From positions 12,902,909 to 12,966,908 of the forward strand of contig NC_057718.1 of assembly GCF_004010195.1 (NCBI RefSeq): 64,000 bases of DNA. The letters are read 5' to 3'. A program made the translations under genes and the position numbers. Below are positions 10,641-24,675 of this stretch, piece by piece (within the stretch, counting starts at the first letter, position 1; every line of letters starts with the position of its first letter). Source of the stretch: Chiloscyllium plagiosum. Taxonomy: Eukaryota. A model generated the notes under the pieces. That model was not told the origin of the DNA. It did no database searches and saw nothing but the letters and a program-made list of their open reading frames with translations.

Positions 10641-13600
10641 TAACAAGGAAAACCCACGACATGAGCGAATAATTGTACTTCCTTGGCCGTGAAGGAGGAT
10701 ATGCCAGGCGCTCTGTAAATTCAAGATCCTTCCAAAACTGGGTCCACATTTCTTAGCTCGGAGCTTGTGAAGTGGCAGCTCAGAATGGATGTCCACTCTC
10801 TGCTAACTCCCTCTCTCTCACTGCGCCCCCCCCCGCCACCACCACCCCATTTACCATCTCATAACAGAACGGCCTCAGATCTGATGGCGTTCCCAATACC
10901 ATTTGTCATGTTGTGGAGTGGAGATGGGGATTTCTGACTGTGAGAAGCCATTGGGCAAACTAAATAAATGTTCCACATCCTTTGTCACTGCTTCTTTCCA
11001 TGATTAAGTTAAGAGTCGACGATTGCCTTTGGAACAGTATCAGGAGGCCTACCAGCCAGCCACCCTCTGCTGGCACTTTCATTCAAGACACTATCACCAT
11101 GAAACACACTTAGGAAAATTACTCACAAGGAAGTGGGTTCCCTCATTCCTGCTCAGGCAGTTTATTAAATAAACCTCGCTGTGCTCTTTTATCTTTCCCT
11201 AGTGGGGGTCGAGTGAATGGGACCGTATTATAATTCCACCCCATTTTGCTGCTGTACATGGAGATCTTACACTGTCAGCTTGACACCCCCTAATTGATTT
11301 AGATGGATCTCCCTGAATGTTTCTCACAGTCTGAGCTTGCCCCCTCTGTGCGCACACCCCCCCAACCACTGAATCTGGGTGTCAGAGACAACACGGTCAA
11401 TACACCCAGCTTCCCACCCGTCAGATCACAACAGGCGAGAGACCAAACCTTTTCAAACATAATTAGATTTCTTTTCTTACAAGCCTTGAAAAAGAAGGGA
11501 GCTCCAAGCACACACAAATAAGGGACGATTTCACGCGTTCCCGAACTTCAATGTGAGACAACCAGTGATAAAATATAAACTTTGTCTCCTTGCTTCCCCC
11601 TCTCCACTGCAGAAGATAAACATAATTTCACTTGAGATGCTGTCTTTACAAAAGTTGTTATAGATCAGCCCAGCCTCCCGCTCTCTGTCTAAGATTGGCT
11701 CATTCGGTAAATTCACAGTTAAAAAGAACTGCAGAAGATTTATCTGAAAAAAGAAGCCAACATTTTTTAGAGTTCTTGGAAAATCATCTGGGTAAAGAGG
11801 AATTCTGATTTGACCTCAAAAGAAATTCTAATCAAAACAAGTTCATGTTACTATCTGATGAATCGTCTATCAGATATTTCCCACATTATGACAAAGACTG
11901 CAAAATTTACGTCTTCATTTGTTGTAAAGCCCATTGGGATATCCCAAGGTTGTGAATGGTGCTATAAAATTTGCAAATCTTTATGTCTTTCCCTGGACCT
12001 ATAAAAATGTACAAGAACGTCCCTTATCACTTGGTGTCTGTGCAAAATATCATTCCCTGAGTTTACTCGGGGCAGGTCCTACTTACAAATTGTTCAAATG
12101 CCTATTATTATTACAACAACAACCTGCCTTTCCATAACACCTCGAACACTAAAATCTCCAAAAATGTTTCACAGGCGGGTTATCAGGCAGAATTTGACAC
12201 TGAGCCACTAGCAAAAAATATGAATACAGGTGACCCAAACTTGGTGACAAGGTAGGTTTTCAGGAGCCTATGAAAGGAGGAGTGAGAGCCAGCGTGAGAG
12301 ACTGTGACAAGTTTTCACAGACCAGGCCTCAGGCAGCTGACAGTAGCAGCACCAACAGTCCAGCAATGGATGCCAAGGATTTGCAAGAACACCAACTGGC
12401 ATAATTTCTATTGATAGAAGAGCCTTTATCCTTAATACTGTAAATCACAGAGTATAAGTTGACCTCCCCCTTTCTCTAGGAGGGCTCCATCAAGGCTTCA
12501 AAGGTCAATTTATAAGCCAGCGGCTGTGGTGGAATGCCCCAACACAGTTCACAGGGATATTATTGAACAGAGTTTGCTATTGATTCCTGTGAGGAGATAT
12601 TAGGACAAGAGTTGGAGAAGGGCAGAGATCTTGGAGCGTTATAGTACAGGGAGAAATTACAATCATCCTTGCTTTAAGGAATGTCCCACAGTTTAAGTCA
12701 TTTCTAGCATTTCTGTCATACTGCAAGCCTGTTAGCAAGTGACCCTGAGAATAGTTTAAACAAATATTTATTGAAACCAAAATTATTTGAATAATTTAAC
12801 TCCAGCGAAACAAGTTTGCTTCCACTGGCTGTGATCTCACCCTCCTATATCTTGTGCCTTCACTACATTTATTACCTTTCTTCATTGGATGTGTGCATCA
12901 CTGGCTAGCCAGCACATATTGCCCATCCCTAATTGCCCAGGAGGAGGCAGTGATGAGCTGTTTTCTTGAATCACTGCAGTCACTGGGGAGCAGGGACACC
13001 CAGAGAACTGTGTTGGCCTTTCTTGGTGTTTGACCCAATGACAGTGAAGGAATGGTCACAGTTTCCAGTCAGGATGATGTGTATCTTGGAGGGCAACCTA
13101 CAGGAAGTGCTGTTCCCTATCATCCACCACCCTCGTCCTTAACATCCTTTTTGTAAACAAGTGGTCAGCTCTACAAAGTGCCAAGTGAATCTTGATCATA
13201 AAGTCATGCAACATGGAAACAGACTCCTCAGTCCAACTTATCCATGCCAACCAAGTTTCACAAACTAAACTAGTCCCACTTACTTGTGTTTAGCCCATAT
13301 CCCTCTAAACTTTTCCTGTTCATGTACCTGTCCAAATGTCTTTTAAATGTTGCAACTATACCTGCATCTACCACTTCCTCTAAAGTGTTCAAATCTTAAA
13401 GTTCAAACCTTGTTTTGTTATTTTTAATGACCCTATTACGAGGTCACACGCTTGCAGATCTCATGCCATTGTATCCAGCTCCTTGTAGTTTTGCCTCTGG
13501 TCCCCTCAGGGCCCTCGTCCTTTACTCATCCTTAGTTGTTAGAGGGCTGTTCGGAGACACAGGATGCTTTCCAAATTGCTGGCCCTCAACCAGCTCGAGT

Positions 13601-14199
13601 TTAAACAGCGAACGGGAGCAGCTGATTGAAGCTGGCAGCTTAGATGTTCCCCTAATCCACGGCCGTACTCTAGGCCAGGGGAAAATACAGAAAGTGATGC
13701 TCTAGCTGACTTGTCTGGCTTTCCCAGGGGACAGGCTGGGGTCAGTGCTGTCTCCTCTAACATCATTGTGATTCAGATCGGTTAACACACGCCAGGATTG
13801 AGCCCAGCCAAGACTATCCCATCTGATGACAGCTTTTAAACAGTTGGCGAATACAGTTGTGACATGACATTTATACAAATTAGAGATGTCATGGAAGACA
13901 GCAGCCGAAGGGTAATGTCACTGGGCTGGTAAAGCAGAGACCCTGGTTGATGCTCTTGCGACCAGGGTTCAAATTGTGTTACTCCGCAATCAAGAAATCT
14001 GGAATGAACGTTAATGGTGACCAAAAAACTGTCATGAAGGTTGTCTGGTTAATGTCCTTTAGGGAGAGAAATCTGCTGACCTTGTCTGGCCCAACCTACA
14101 TGTGACTCTAGATCCACAACAACCTGGTTGACTCTTTACTGCCCTCTGAAATGGCCCAAGCAAGTCAGTTCAAGGGCAGTTAGGGACAGGTAACAAGTT

Positions 14200-14920
14200 A
14201 CAGGATGGATATCATTAAGCTGGAAAGGGTTCAGAAAAGATTTACCAGGACGTTACTGGGAGTGGAGGGTTCAGTGCACTCAGCCACAGAATGGACTTGA
14301 CTCCCAGCCTCGAGATGAAGCCTGGTACGGTCTGGGTTGGGAGGACTGTTGTACTGAACTCTTATCTCTTTACTTTTCTAATTTATTACTGGACTTTTTA
14401 TTTTTCTATTTCTTTCCCTAAGAATTTGTACTTAAGAATCTGTACCTAGGTACCTTGGCACTTAAGCTGGCATTGCAAGTGGCTACATGTAAACTATACA
14501 CTATACTCATGTGTGTACATGTGAGATAAAGCTAATTCTAAATCTAATTCTTATAAGGAGAGGCTGGATTGAATGACCTGATAGAAGTTTATAAAATCAT
14601 GACAGGCACAAATAAGACAAGGCTCTTTTCTTGAGGATAAGGGAGTTCAATACCAGGCACACATTTTTTTAAGGCGAGGGGAGAAAGCTTTAAAAAGGAC
14701 ATGATTTTTTTACACAAAGTTGTGTGGAATGAACTGCCAGAGAAAGTGGTGGATGCAGGTACATTTACAATGTTGAAAAGACATTTGGATGAATTCATGA
14801 ACAAGAAAGGTTTCGAGGGATATGGTCAAACAGAGGAAGGTGGGATTAGTTTAGTTTGGGAACATGGTCAGCCTGGACTGGTTGGACCGAAGGGTCTGTT
14901 TCCGTGCTGGATGACTCTGT
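14200..14920 (+). mobile_element. CR1 3' fragment with an internal insertion (about 14272-14550)
   Basis: tggaaagggttcagaaaagatttaccagga...ttggaccgaagggtctgtttccgtgct tail. Confidence 0.65.
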
Positions 14921-15076
14921 GGCTCTTAGTTCTTGCCTGGTTGGCAATGCCTACATCCCTTGAAATAATAAAAATATATAAAGACATGTGACACAATCAC
15001 CAAGGGCATGATAAGCTTTAACTGCATCATGTTTTTTTAAAGAAATAAACTACAAACTGAACTTTATTAGATTACT

Positions 15077-15368
15077 TTATTAGATTACAGTGTGGAAACA
15101 GGCCCTTCAGCCCAACAAGTCCACACCACCCTGCCGAAGCGCAAACCACCCATACATTTACCCCTTACCTAACACTACGGGCAATTTAGCATGGCCAATT
15201 CACCTGACCTGCACATCTTTGGACTGTGGGAGGAAACCGGAGCACCCGGAGGAAACCCACGCAGACACGGGGAGAATGTGCAAACTCCACACAGTCAGTC
15301 GCCTGAGGCGGGAATTGAACCCGGGTCTCTGGTGCTGTGAGGCAGCAGTGCTAACCACTGTGCCACCA
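15077..15368 (-). mobile_element. HE1-like SINE
   Basis: Reverse complement of the 8397-8687 family. Confidence 0.85.
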
Positions 15369-16594
15369 TAATTTCCTGGGAGATCTCAGACTGGACACAA
15401 TGATTAAAAACAGAACTTCAATATCTTTATCCACCTATTGTTCCCTACTCTTACCAGCCTTACCCTCCACCATAGCAGGAACATAATGCCTCTGAACTCT
15501 CAGTATCTCACTGTTGAAAGCTTCCTTGCTAGTTGTCCCTTTTACCTGTGAACAGTCTACTCCAATCAACTTTTGAAAGTTCCTGTCTCATACCATCAAA
15601 ATTTCCCTTACTCCAATTAAGAATTTCAACTGTTATACAAAGCTTCTCCTTTTCTATGACTATTTTAAAACTAATAGAATTATGATCATTAGTCCCAAAG
15701 TATTCCCCTCCTAACATCTCAGTCACCTGCCTTGCCTTATTTCCTAAGGGAAGGTTGGGCTTTGCTCCTTCTCTAGTACATACATTTACATGTTGATGAA
15801 GAAATATCTTGAACACATTTAACAAATCCCTCACCATCCAAGCCCTTAACACTATGGCAGTCCCAGTCTGGAAAGTTAAAATCCCCTCCAATTATAATCC
15901 GATTATTCTTACAGGTATCTGACATCTCTCTCCACACTGCTCCTCAATTTCTCACTGACCTTATAGGGTCAATGGAGTTTGGTGCCAGGCCAATTGTCTG
16001 TGCCAGTTTCTGCATCTTTCAGTATCTTTCTCTCCTCTGCCATGGTTCACCACGCCATTGTCCATTGGGAATCCATTGATCTGGTGCCACCAGTCAGTGA
16101 CCTGCTGGAATGGATGACTTGATAAACAAGTTTCACAGAGGAGCATAGCACGGTTTTCAACATTAAACTTCCCTGGTTTGTGATCAGTACCAATCTTCAG
16201 CTGGCTGATCATCAACATTGTTCCACATAGAAAAGGCTCAATGCAGTGTCACTAACTGGTTAACAATGATCTGGACAAAACATTCACACTCTTCGCTCCC
16301 GCTATTGTCACTTCTTTCAAACAATGTTCGGGCCATGGCTATTGTTTCTCTTTTCTCCGACTTCCTGATGACCCGCTTGAGTACCTCTTCTGTCACCAGA
16401 GAAGCTGCATGGACACTGTCGAGAATTGGGGATTGACTGCTGTCTGAAACCAATGGTGGTTACTGTACCCTTAGGCTCAGGCAGCCCCACGCTCTTGACT
16501 GAATCTGGTGCTGAGCCACTGGTGAGCTGTGAGGAGCTGTGAGAACAGCAGGTGCCTGTTCTGAAAAAGGCAGTGGGTGGGGGTGGTCTAAAGA

Positions 16595-16820
16595 CACACT
16601 CACTCACTCTCACACATACACACCCTCTCACACACTCAGGCTTGCTCACACTCTCACTCACTCTCTCATACACACTCTCACTGACACACATTCACAATCA
16701 AGCATGCACTGTCATTTGTACTCAGACTCTTTCACTCGCACTCGAGTACACAGTCTCACTCAGACTTGTACAGATTCTCACTTGCACTCACAGACCCTCA
16801 CACACGCTCAGACTCACACT
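16595..16820. repeat. Degenerate CA/CT-rich simple repeat
   Basis: Directly visible. Confidence 0.85.
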
Positions 16821-16831
16821 GAAGGGAAGGA

Positions 16832-17080
16832 TGGCACGGTGGCTCAGTGGTTAGCACTGCCACCTCACAGCACCAGGACCCAGGTTTGATTCCAGCCTTG
16901 GGCGACTGTCTGTGTGGAATTTGTGCATTCTCCCCGTGTCTGCGTGGGTTTCCTCTGGGTGCTCCAGTTTCCTCCCACAGTCCAAATATTGGCCATGGGA
17001 AATGCAGGGTTCCAGAGATGGGCTTGGATGCTCTTAGGACTCAATGGGCTAATGGCCTACTTTCACAGTTGTAGGGACTC
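16832..17080 (+). mobile_element. HE1-like SINE
   Basis: Head tggcacggtggctcagtggttagcactg. Confidence 0.75.
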
Positions 17081-17409
17081 CATGATTCTCTCACACAAAA
17101 AGATTCACACTTGCTCTTTTTTTCCATTCAAGACATGAGGTGATGTTTTGCTTTAAGCCCGTGGGAGGGCTGGCAATGAGGTTGTGTGGCTAAGAGGTAC
17201 ATCAGAAGAAAAAGAAGCTGAATTTCTGATTTTATTTTTCTTTCCACTATTTTGAGCATTTGATCTCACCTTTCCTTTGGTTACAGGAAGCAGCAGCACT
17301 GGCAGGAACATTAACATAAAATCTACAATTCGGTAGAAGCAGCCATCCACAATTACTTGGAGCTAAGAATGCTTTTTTAAAAAAAATGAATGTTTCCTCT
17401 TATCTAGGT

Positions 17410-18480
17410 TTTAGATAAACTGGTGGATAGTGAAAAACACCCATTGTTCACAAAAGATCTGAAGAGAAGCCCTACAAATGTGCTCAGGTTACCAGAAGCT
17501 TCCTTGTCGCTGTAACTGTAAGGTACCCATGGGGAGGGCCTCAACCGGGACCTTGGGTTCATGTCACATGACAGCTGACCCCATTGAACTATACACACAC
17601 ACAGACAGACACAGACACTCCTACACACGCACACACACACTCCTATACACATTCACACTCCTACAGACACACACACACACTCGCTTACAGTCCCATACTC
17701 TCACACAGACCCTCTCTCATGCACTCCCATACTCACACATGCATCCTCTCAGACTTATACCCCTTTACACTCACAGACACTCTCTCACAGGCTCATAACC
17801 GCGCCCCTCCCCTCCACCCCCCAACACACACACACACACACATAAGTTTGTGGGGTGAGTTTGTACTTGAAGAATTACATTTTACTTTGCCCAAAAACTG
17901 CATGAATCCATGTAAGATTATGTAAATCCACTTTTTAGATTAGAATCAGTCTGACCGTTGTGGCATAGACAGTCTCACACAGGGCAGCTCACACCTTAAA
18001 TGGGCCGACATGACACCATTTGCTGAAGTTCACTTGAGAATGTAACTTTCAAAAAAGTCTTGCGATTTACATATGAAAGAACTGAAATCAACATGTTCAT
18101 TCTAAAAGATGAGAGACTTAACGAACAATCCAGGTCTTTTTCAATATATAAGTTCAGTTACATCTTTTGTAACTTTTGCTATAAATTCTGTGTCTTACGA
18201 TCTTATACTTCACAACAACCAGAAGCTAGTGCTTCCAATTAAACCTGTTGGACTGTAATCTGGTGTTGAAAATGTGTTGCTGGAAAAGCGCAGCAGGTCA
18301 GGCAGCATCCAAGGAGCAGGAGAATCGACGTTTCGGGCACAAGCCCTCCCTCCTGTTCCTTGGATGCTGACTGACCTGCTGCGCTTTTCCAGCAACACGT
18401 TTTCAGCTCTGATCTCCAGCATCTGCAGCCCTCACTTTCTCCTGTAATCTGGTGTTGTATGATTTTTAATTTTGTAAGGG
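17410..18480 (+). mobile_element. PLE family B 3' body and terminus with internal CA-rich tract, interrupted by a family A fold-back insertion (18269-18441)
   Basis: Family B terminal sequence at 18222-18268 and 18442-18478. The nested element is flanked by the 16-bp TSD ctgtaatctggtgttg. The extent of the body is inferred. Confidence 0.6.
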
Positions 18481-18687
18481 TAAGCAAAATTAAACCTCAA
18501 CGCTCCATTAAAGGAATCTAATCAGAAGACAACGTCTGGCTTCTGTCTTTTGACAATGGGACTGAAAGTTCTTATTTCACACAGTCAGTTTTCATCAGAA
18601 TCACATCAGCTGTCCAGGCTAATATCTAGTTTGGTCTTGGATATCCCAGGGAAACTTTACTTCTCCATCTTGCTCAAGAGTGGAACA

Positions 18688-18782
18688 AAGTTAAAAACAC
18701 ACAACACCAGGTTATAGACTATGACCTTGTGTTGTGTGATTTTTAACTTTGTCCACCCCAGTCCAACATTGGCACCTCCACA
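18688..18782. mobile_element. Fold-back mini-PLE family B
   Basis: 14-bp TSD tcaagagtggaaca at 18674-18687 and 18783-18796. Confidence 0.75.
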
Positions 18783-19479
18783 TCAAGAGTGGAACATACA
18801 ACAGTGTCTACAAAGGTTCAAGTGGTTAAAAGCTGTTATTCAGAGAGAGAAAACAGAAAGCGTTCCCCACAAACAGGTAAAGATCCTTTTATCTGTCCTC
18901 TTGTCAGTGCCTGAACCATTCCCACAAGCTGTGCAATTCCATCTGACATTGAAATATGACTATGTGATTCACCTGTACTGCTAATCTCCACTGTGCACTG
19001 TACCTCAGTGTGAACACATTCATATCAATGGAAAATGGATCTGGGAATTAAAATATGAGCCATTGATTGAACTGATCAGTATAAATCCAGATCTGCTTGA
19101 GAGCAGGTCTGAGATGGTGAAATTATTGAGGTATTTACTAAAGGAAGACTTTATATGGTGCTTTTTAGAACCTTATACAGTCATAGAATCATACAGCGCG
19201 GAAACAGTCCCTTTGGTCCAATCAGCCCATTCTGACTACAATCCAGAACTAAACTAGTCCCACCTGCCTGCTCCTGGCCCATATCCCTCCAAACCTTTTC
19301 TATTCATGAAATTATTGAAGTATCTTTTAAACATTGTTGAAGTTACTATGGGACCTAGTCATAGAGACGTACAGCATGGAAACAGATCCTTCAGTCCAAC
19401 TCATCCATGCCGACCACTTGTATTTCAGGATATTGTTTCGATCAACATATCTCTTACTCTTCGAGACTCCAATGGATTC

Positions 19480-20990
19480 AGCTTAGTCTGTCCAAACATC
19501 CCTCACAAGGTAGCTCACCCGTCCCAGGTATTATTTGGTCATCCTTCTCTGAACTGCTTGCAATCCTTCCTTAAATAAGGTGACCAATACTAAGCGCAGT
19601 TCTCTAGTCACGCTCTTACCAATGCCTTGTATTACTGCAGTATAACCTTCGACCTTTGTGTTTAATTCCTCTCACTATAGGCGATAATATTCTATTAGCT
19701 TTCCCGGTTACATGCTGTTCCTACATGCTAACCTTTTGTGATTTATGTACTAGAACATTCAGATCCCTCAGAGTTCTGCAAACTTTCACCATTTAGATAA
19801 CATGCTTCTTTTTATTCTTTCTGCCAAAATGGACAAGTTCACATTTTCCCACATCATACTCAATTTGCCAGATACTTGCCCATTCACTTCATCTATCTAT
19901 ATGCCTTTACAGTCTCCTTACATTCTCTTTACATCTCACTTAATTAGCTATCTTACTGTCATCAGCAAATTTAGTCATCATGCCTTCAGTCCCTTCATCC
20001 GAGTTATATTAAAATGGTAAAGTTGAAGTCTCTAGCACTAATCCCTATGACATAACACTTGTTACATCTTGCCAACAAGAAAAATGTGCATTTATACCTA
20101 CAATCTGTTACCTGTCAGCTCGCCAATCTCCTTGCCAAGTCAGTATGTTATCCCCAAGACCACAAGCTTTCAGTTTCCAAAATAATCTTTCAGGTGGCAC
20201 TTTACCAAATGCTTTCTGAAAACCTAAGGATAGTACCACCTTCCTTTTTATCCACATCACATGTTACTTCTTCAAAGAACTCTAATAAATAAGTTAAACC
20301 TGTTTTCCTTTTCGCAAACTATGTTGATTCTGCCTAATTACCCTGAATCTTTCTAAGTTTTTCTAAGCTCCTGACAGCTTTCCCGTTAAGCTAGTTGATC
20401 TCCAGTTTTCTGCTTCCTTTCTTTGAATAGAGGAGTGACGCTTGCTACCTTCCAACCTAACAGAACCATCCCTAAATGGAGGGACTTTTCAGAAATTAGA
20501 AACAACACATCAATGATCTCAGCAGCTATTTCCTTTAAGGCCCAAAGATGGTATCCATCTGGATCTTATCAACTGGATCCACAACAATTTGCTCAGTATC
20601 ACTTCTCTGGAAGTCATAATTTTGCTGAGTTCCTTCCTCCATTGCATTTCCTGATTTATAGATTTTTTCTGAAAGTTTACTTGTACTCTCTACGGTATAG
20701 ACCGATACATCATGCTTGCTCATTTCATCGGCCATTTCCTTAAGTTCTATTAGTAATTCCTCAGACTCACTTCCTCCAGCATCAACACTCACTGCATTTA
20801 TTTTCTTTTTTAAATATGTGGAGAAATTCTTAATATCTTATATTTTTCTAGATAGCGTTTTCTCATTCTCTAGTTTTCTCCTTATTAATCTTTTAATTAT
20901 TCTTTATTGTTTTTGATATTCTGTCTAATGTTCTGAGCTGTGAAGTGAATTTGTGAAATTACATTCTCTTTAAGTTTGATACTATCTTTA
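19480..20990 (-). mobile_element. Old decayed CR1 fragment
   Basis: Degenerate KFADD (gtcatcagcaaatttag) at 19958-19974 and typical CR1 RT-region sequence. Confidence 0.6.
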
Positions 20991-21127
20991 ACTTTTTAAA
21001 ATTAACTTTGGATGATGGGCCCATCCCTTGGAGTCATGTCTCAAGAGAAGTGTGCAGAGAGAAACCAATCCAACAGGCAAATAGTACACAAAATGAGGAG
21101 CCTGACATCAGTCATCTGGATCAAACA

Positions 21128-21360
21128 AAGAACTGCAGATGATCTGAAACAGACAAAGACAGAAATTGCTGGAGAAACTCACCAGGTCTAGCAGTATCTG
21201 TGGAGAGAAAACAGAGTTAAAGTTTCAAGTTCAATTACCCTTCCTCAGAATCCTGAACCATCCTGAAGATGAGTCACTGGACTTAATACATTAACTCCTT
21301 TTTCTCTCCAGAGATGCTGCCAGACCTGCTGAATCCCTCCAGCAATTTCAGTTTTATTTG
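21128..21360. mobile_element. Older fold-back PLE-like terminal element
   Basis: Diverged inverted arms with a degenerate ctgaagatgagtc...gact core. Related single arm at 59930-60020. Confidence 0.55.
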
Positions 21361-24300
21361 TTTGGACGTTATCTGTCTCTGTTTCAGGTCAGTAGTGTCA
21401 CTTAGCTTGTGGTGTTGCCATTTTTCTATCTGTGACATGAGGTATGTTTAGATACTGTTTCTGCATCAACCTGAAAGATGAGAGTTGGATGTCACTGACT
21501 CCAATGGACAGGCTCATTGTTGGGCCAGCCATGGTCTTCAGTTGTACTGTGTGATTTAGCTCCACCTGCTGGCCACCCAGTGGGACTGAATTAACCAAAA
21601 GTGACAGTGAATATTATAGCCTCTCTTCACAAAATGACAAGGCTCCCTTACCTCACCCATCTGAAGAAACAAGAAATCATCACAACATCTGACCATTCCA
21701 TACATGATTCCAATATTGTATTGCCTTCACCGCCTTAGCCAGAAGTGGGTTCCACATAGTTATCACACTTTGCGGGGAGAAGTTCCCAACAGAGAATTTT
21801 CAGCCCCTCAAACCTGTCTTGCTGTCCTCAGCTAGATGGTGAAGGTGAAAAACAATTTTCCAGAAAGTGTAAGAATTGAATGAGGAAGGCAAGCTGGGAT
21901 CTTTTTCTTCCTAGAAAGGAGAGGTTTTGGGAAAGGTAGTAAAGGTCTTTATGCTTATGAGAACATTTGATAGCATAGCTTTTGAAAAGGTTCCCAAGTT
22001 CCAGTGGAGACTGAAACTGGAGTCAATAAACATGGGACAGTACTGAATAAATCCAACAGGGAATTCAGGACATAGTTCTTTATGTAGCTTGTGTTGAGAA
22101 TGTGGAACCCATGATCACAGGGTGTAGAGACAAAACACAGAAATGCATGTAACAGGAAACTTCACACACATGCACAAAGAAATTGTGATGGATTAAGTGG
22201 GGGGTGGGAGAGAATTGATGTAAAACATAAACACCATCATGGATTAGTTGGACCTGTTTCTGTGCTGTACATTTCTCGATCATGATTGGTAAACCTTCTG
22301 AGATATTCATCCATTCCCAAATTTTCGTAATTCAGAAATGCCTTGTTGGTTTTAAACAGATAGTATGCCCTCAGTCCCCAGAATCACCATAAATCTGCAT
22401 TGAATTAATAGCCTCAGGTCATCAGTCTTGAAGGCATTTCTTCAATTTGAGCTAATTCCGTTTTTCACCTTGAAGCTCTATTCTAGATTGACTCTTTCAA
22501 ATACCTATTTTATCTACATAAGCAAGTCCTTCCCTTAACCCTCTCAAAGGTGAATCTTCTGCAGTTTTTATAGTGTGGGCTGATAAAGTGACTTTGTTAT
22601 CTGGCTGCTGATAGCTCTTTGTTTAAAAGTGATTCATTTGGATTGAACAGACTTTTCGCCAAGCAACTTGTTAAAATAAGTGATTATTTTCTAATTCTTT
22701 ACCGCAGTATTTATGCTGTGGTTTATCACCTGGTTATGTTTAAACACAGCCTGGTGCCAATCTGTGTGGAATTGTCTCCTGAACTCTGATATAATTGACA
22801 ACAGCACCCTCCACAGGAGATGCTGACACATCAGCATGTTGTCCTCAAAGGAAACGTTTTCTCTTGTTAACGATTAGCATTTAACTTAACACTTTTCAGT
22901 CCAAAGTATATCAAAGAGGTAATAAGGAGCAGATGTTGGAATTCCAGGAAAGGGTCAGAAGAGATGATGGAACATTTGGTGAGAATTAAATGCTTTTCGA
23001 GAGGCTTTTGAAAGTTGAGGTGGAGAGCACTGGGGAGGGAGCTCCAGGGAGAATGGTCAGGATCACTTTGCCCAGTGAAGGTGGAGTGAAAAGGGCACGG
23101 GGTGGGGTGGAGGAGAACTTACATCAATATCTGATGTGAGAACACTACCTGGTGCAATTCATTGAAATCTCACGTAGCATTACAATTTGCTTCATGAAAG
23201 AAAGACATGTGAGCAGCACCCACTGTTGTTATCCTATAAATTATACAGCAAGGAAGTCTACTCTGTGAACCGTGAATTGCCACAAGCTCATGGAAGATGT
23301 GTGTGGTTCCACCATTAGCTTCATGAAAATGGCAACTGGCCTTCAATCTCCCGGTGAGCCTCCGAAAGACAATGGGAACTTGCGCATTAATGACCCATTA
23401 AAGATAAATTTAATAATTGGTAGTATGTTCTTTTCAACTAATTCCCTCAAACTCTTCCCCCCCAACCTACCCAACCCACTCCCAACTCTGCAAAAACCCT
23501 GCAACTACCATACATCGCTCTTTAAATGTTGCTGAAAAAAGAAACGTGTCTTGTACTCATCAGGACAGGATCACAGGAATACACCAAATCTCAAAGGGAA
23601 GAGCAATTTATACTGCAGACAATGATGAGTGCAGGATAAAAGTCTTCAACATTGTGCCCTTTATCAGCAATACTCAAGTTTTGTGCTATCTAGCAACCAC
23701 ATTGTCCTTTCTTTATGCTTGAAGATCATGTGGTTGACTGACTATTCTCCAGTGATGGGTATCACAGCCTAATGTGATCGTATTCCCTGCCTGGCATTCC
23801 CAGCAGCCCTCATTCCATTGGAGAAGGCACCGAACATGGATAGCACACAGGAGTGCATCTGAGCTCAGCCCGAAAGATGCTGGAACCCATCTAAACGCAG
23901 CTACCGGCTGTGAGTCAAATCTTAATCCCCAGAGCATTTCCATGACATTTACGGAGCTCCCAATCTCAATATGAACATTTATGGCATTCGTAAACTGTGA
24001 ACATCAAACAGATTTGCTCAATAACCTATTTTTATTCTAGTGCTGGGATTTAGCAATCCACAATGGAGGAACAGGTGGAGAAATTAAAACAACATTAAAC
24101 CCAGGCTGCCAACTGCAATCTATCATTTCTGTAAAACGAAACCCCAGTGAAGAGGCTTTGGCCTATTCACAGAAAAACAATATTGATTAAAAAAACAGTG
24201 ATTGCCACAACATTGTTTTAACATGTAACTCTCCCTTTATTACATTTTACCTAAACTCCCAGATCAATGACCTGCAGTGTTGCTTTATAACATCCCTCCT

Positions 24301-24516
24301 CCAACTGTACAGATGATAACAGCAGCACGAACAGCAGGACAAACCTGTACCTAAGACGACATCAAAGCAACAACATTACTTTGCACTGCACTCACTCCAG
24401 TGCATGTGACAATAAAGGCTAATTCAATTCAATTCATAAGACAACACACCTGTTCCAGGTATCAGTCTCTCTGAATTACTTCCAATGCAGTTATGATAAA
24501 ATCACCAATATACAGT

Positions 24517-24675
24517 TCAAGATCACACTACATCGGGTTATAGTCCAACAGGTTTATTTGGAAGCACTACCTCCGAAAGCTAGTGCTTCCAAATAAACCT
24601 GTTGGATTATAACCTAGTGTTGTGTGATTTTTAACTTTGTATACCCCAGTCCAACACCGGCATCTCCAAATCATG
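24517..24675. mobile_element. Fold-back mini-PLE family B
   Basis: Same terminal sequence as 389-591, with inverted arms. Confidence 0.7.

Noticed and set aside
13428..13446. TGACCC-N7-AGGTCA everted nuclear-receptor half-sites
   Set aside because: A single short motif without conservation data, so it cannot be distinguished from chance.
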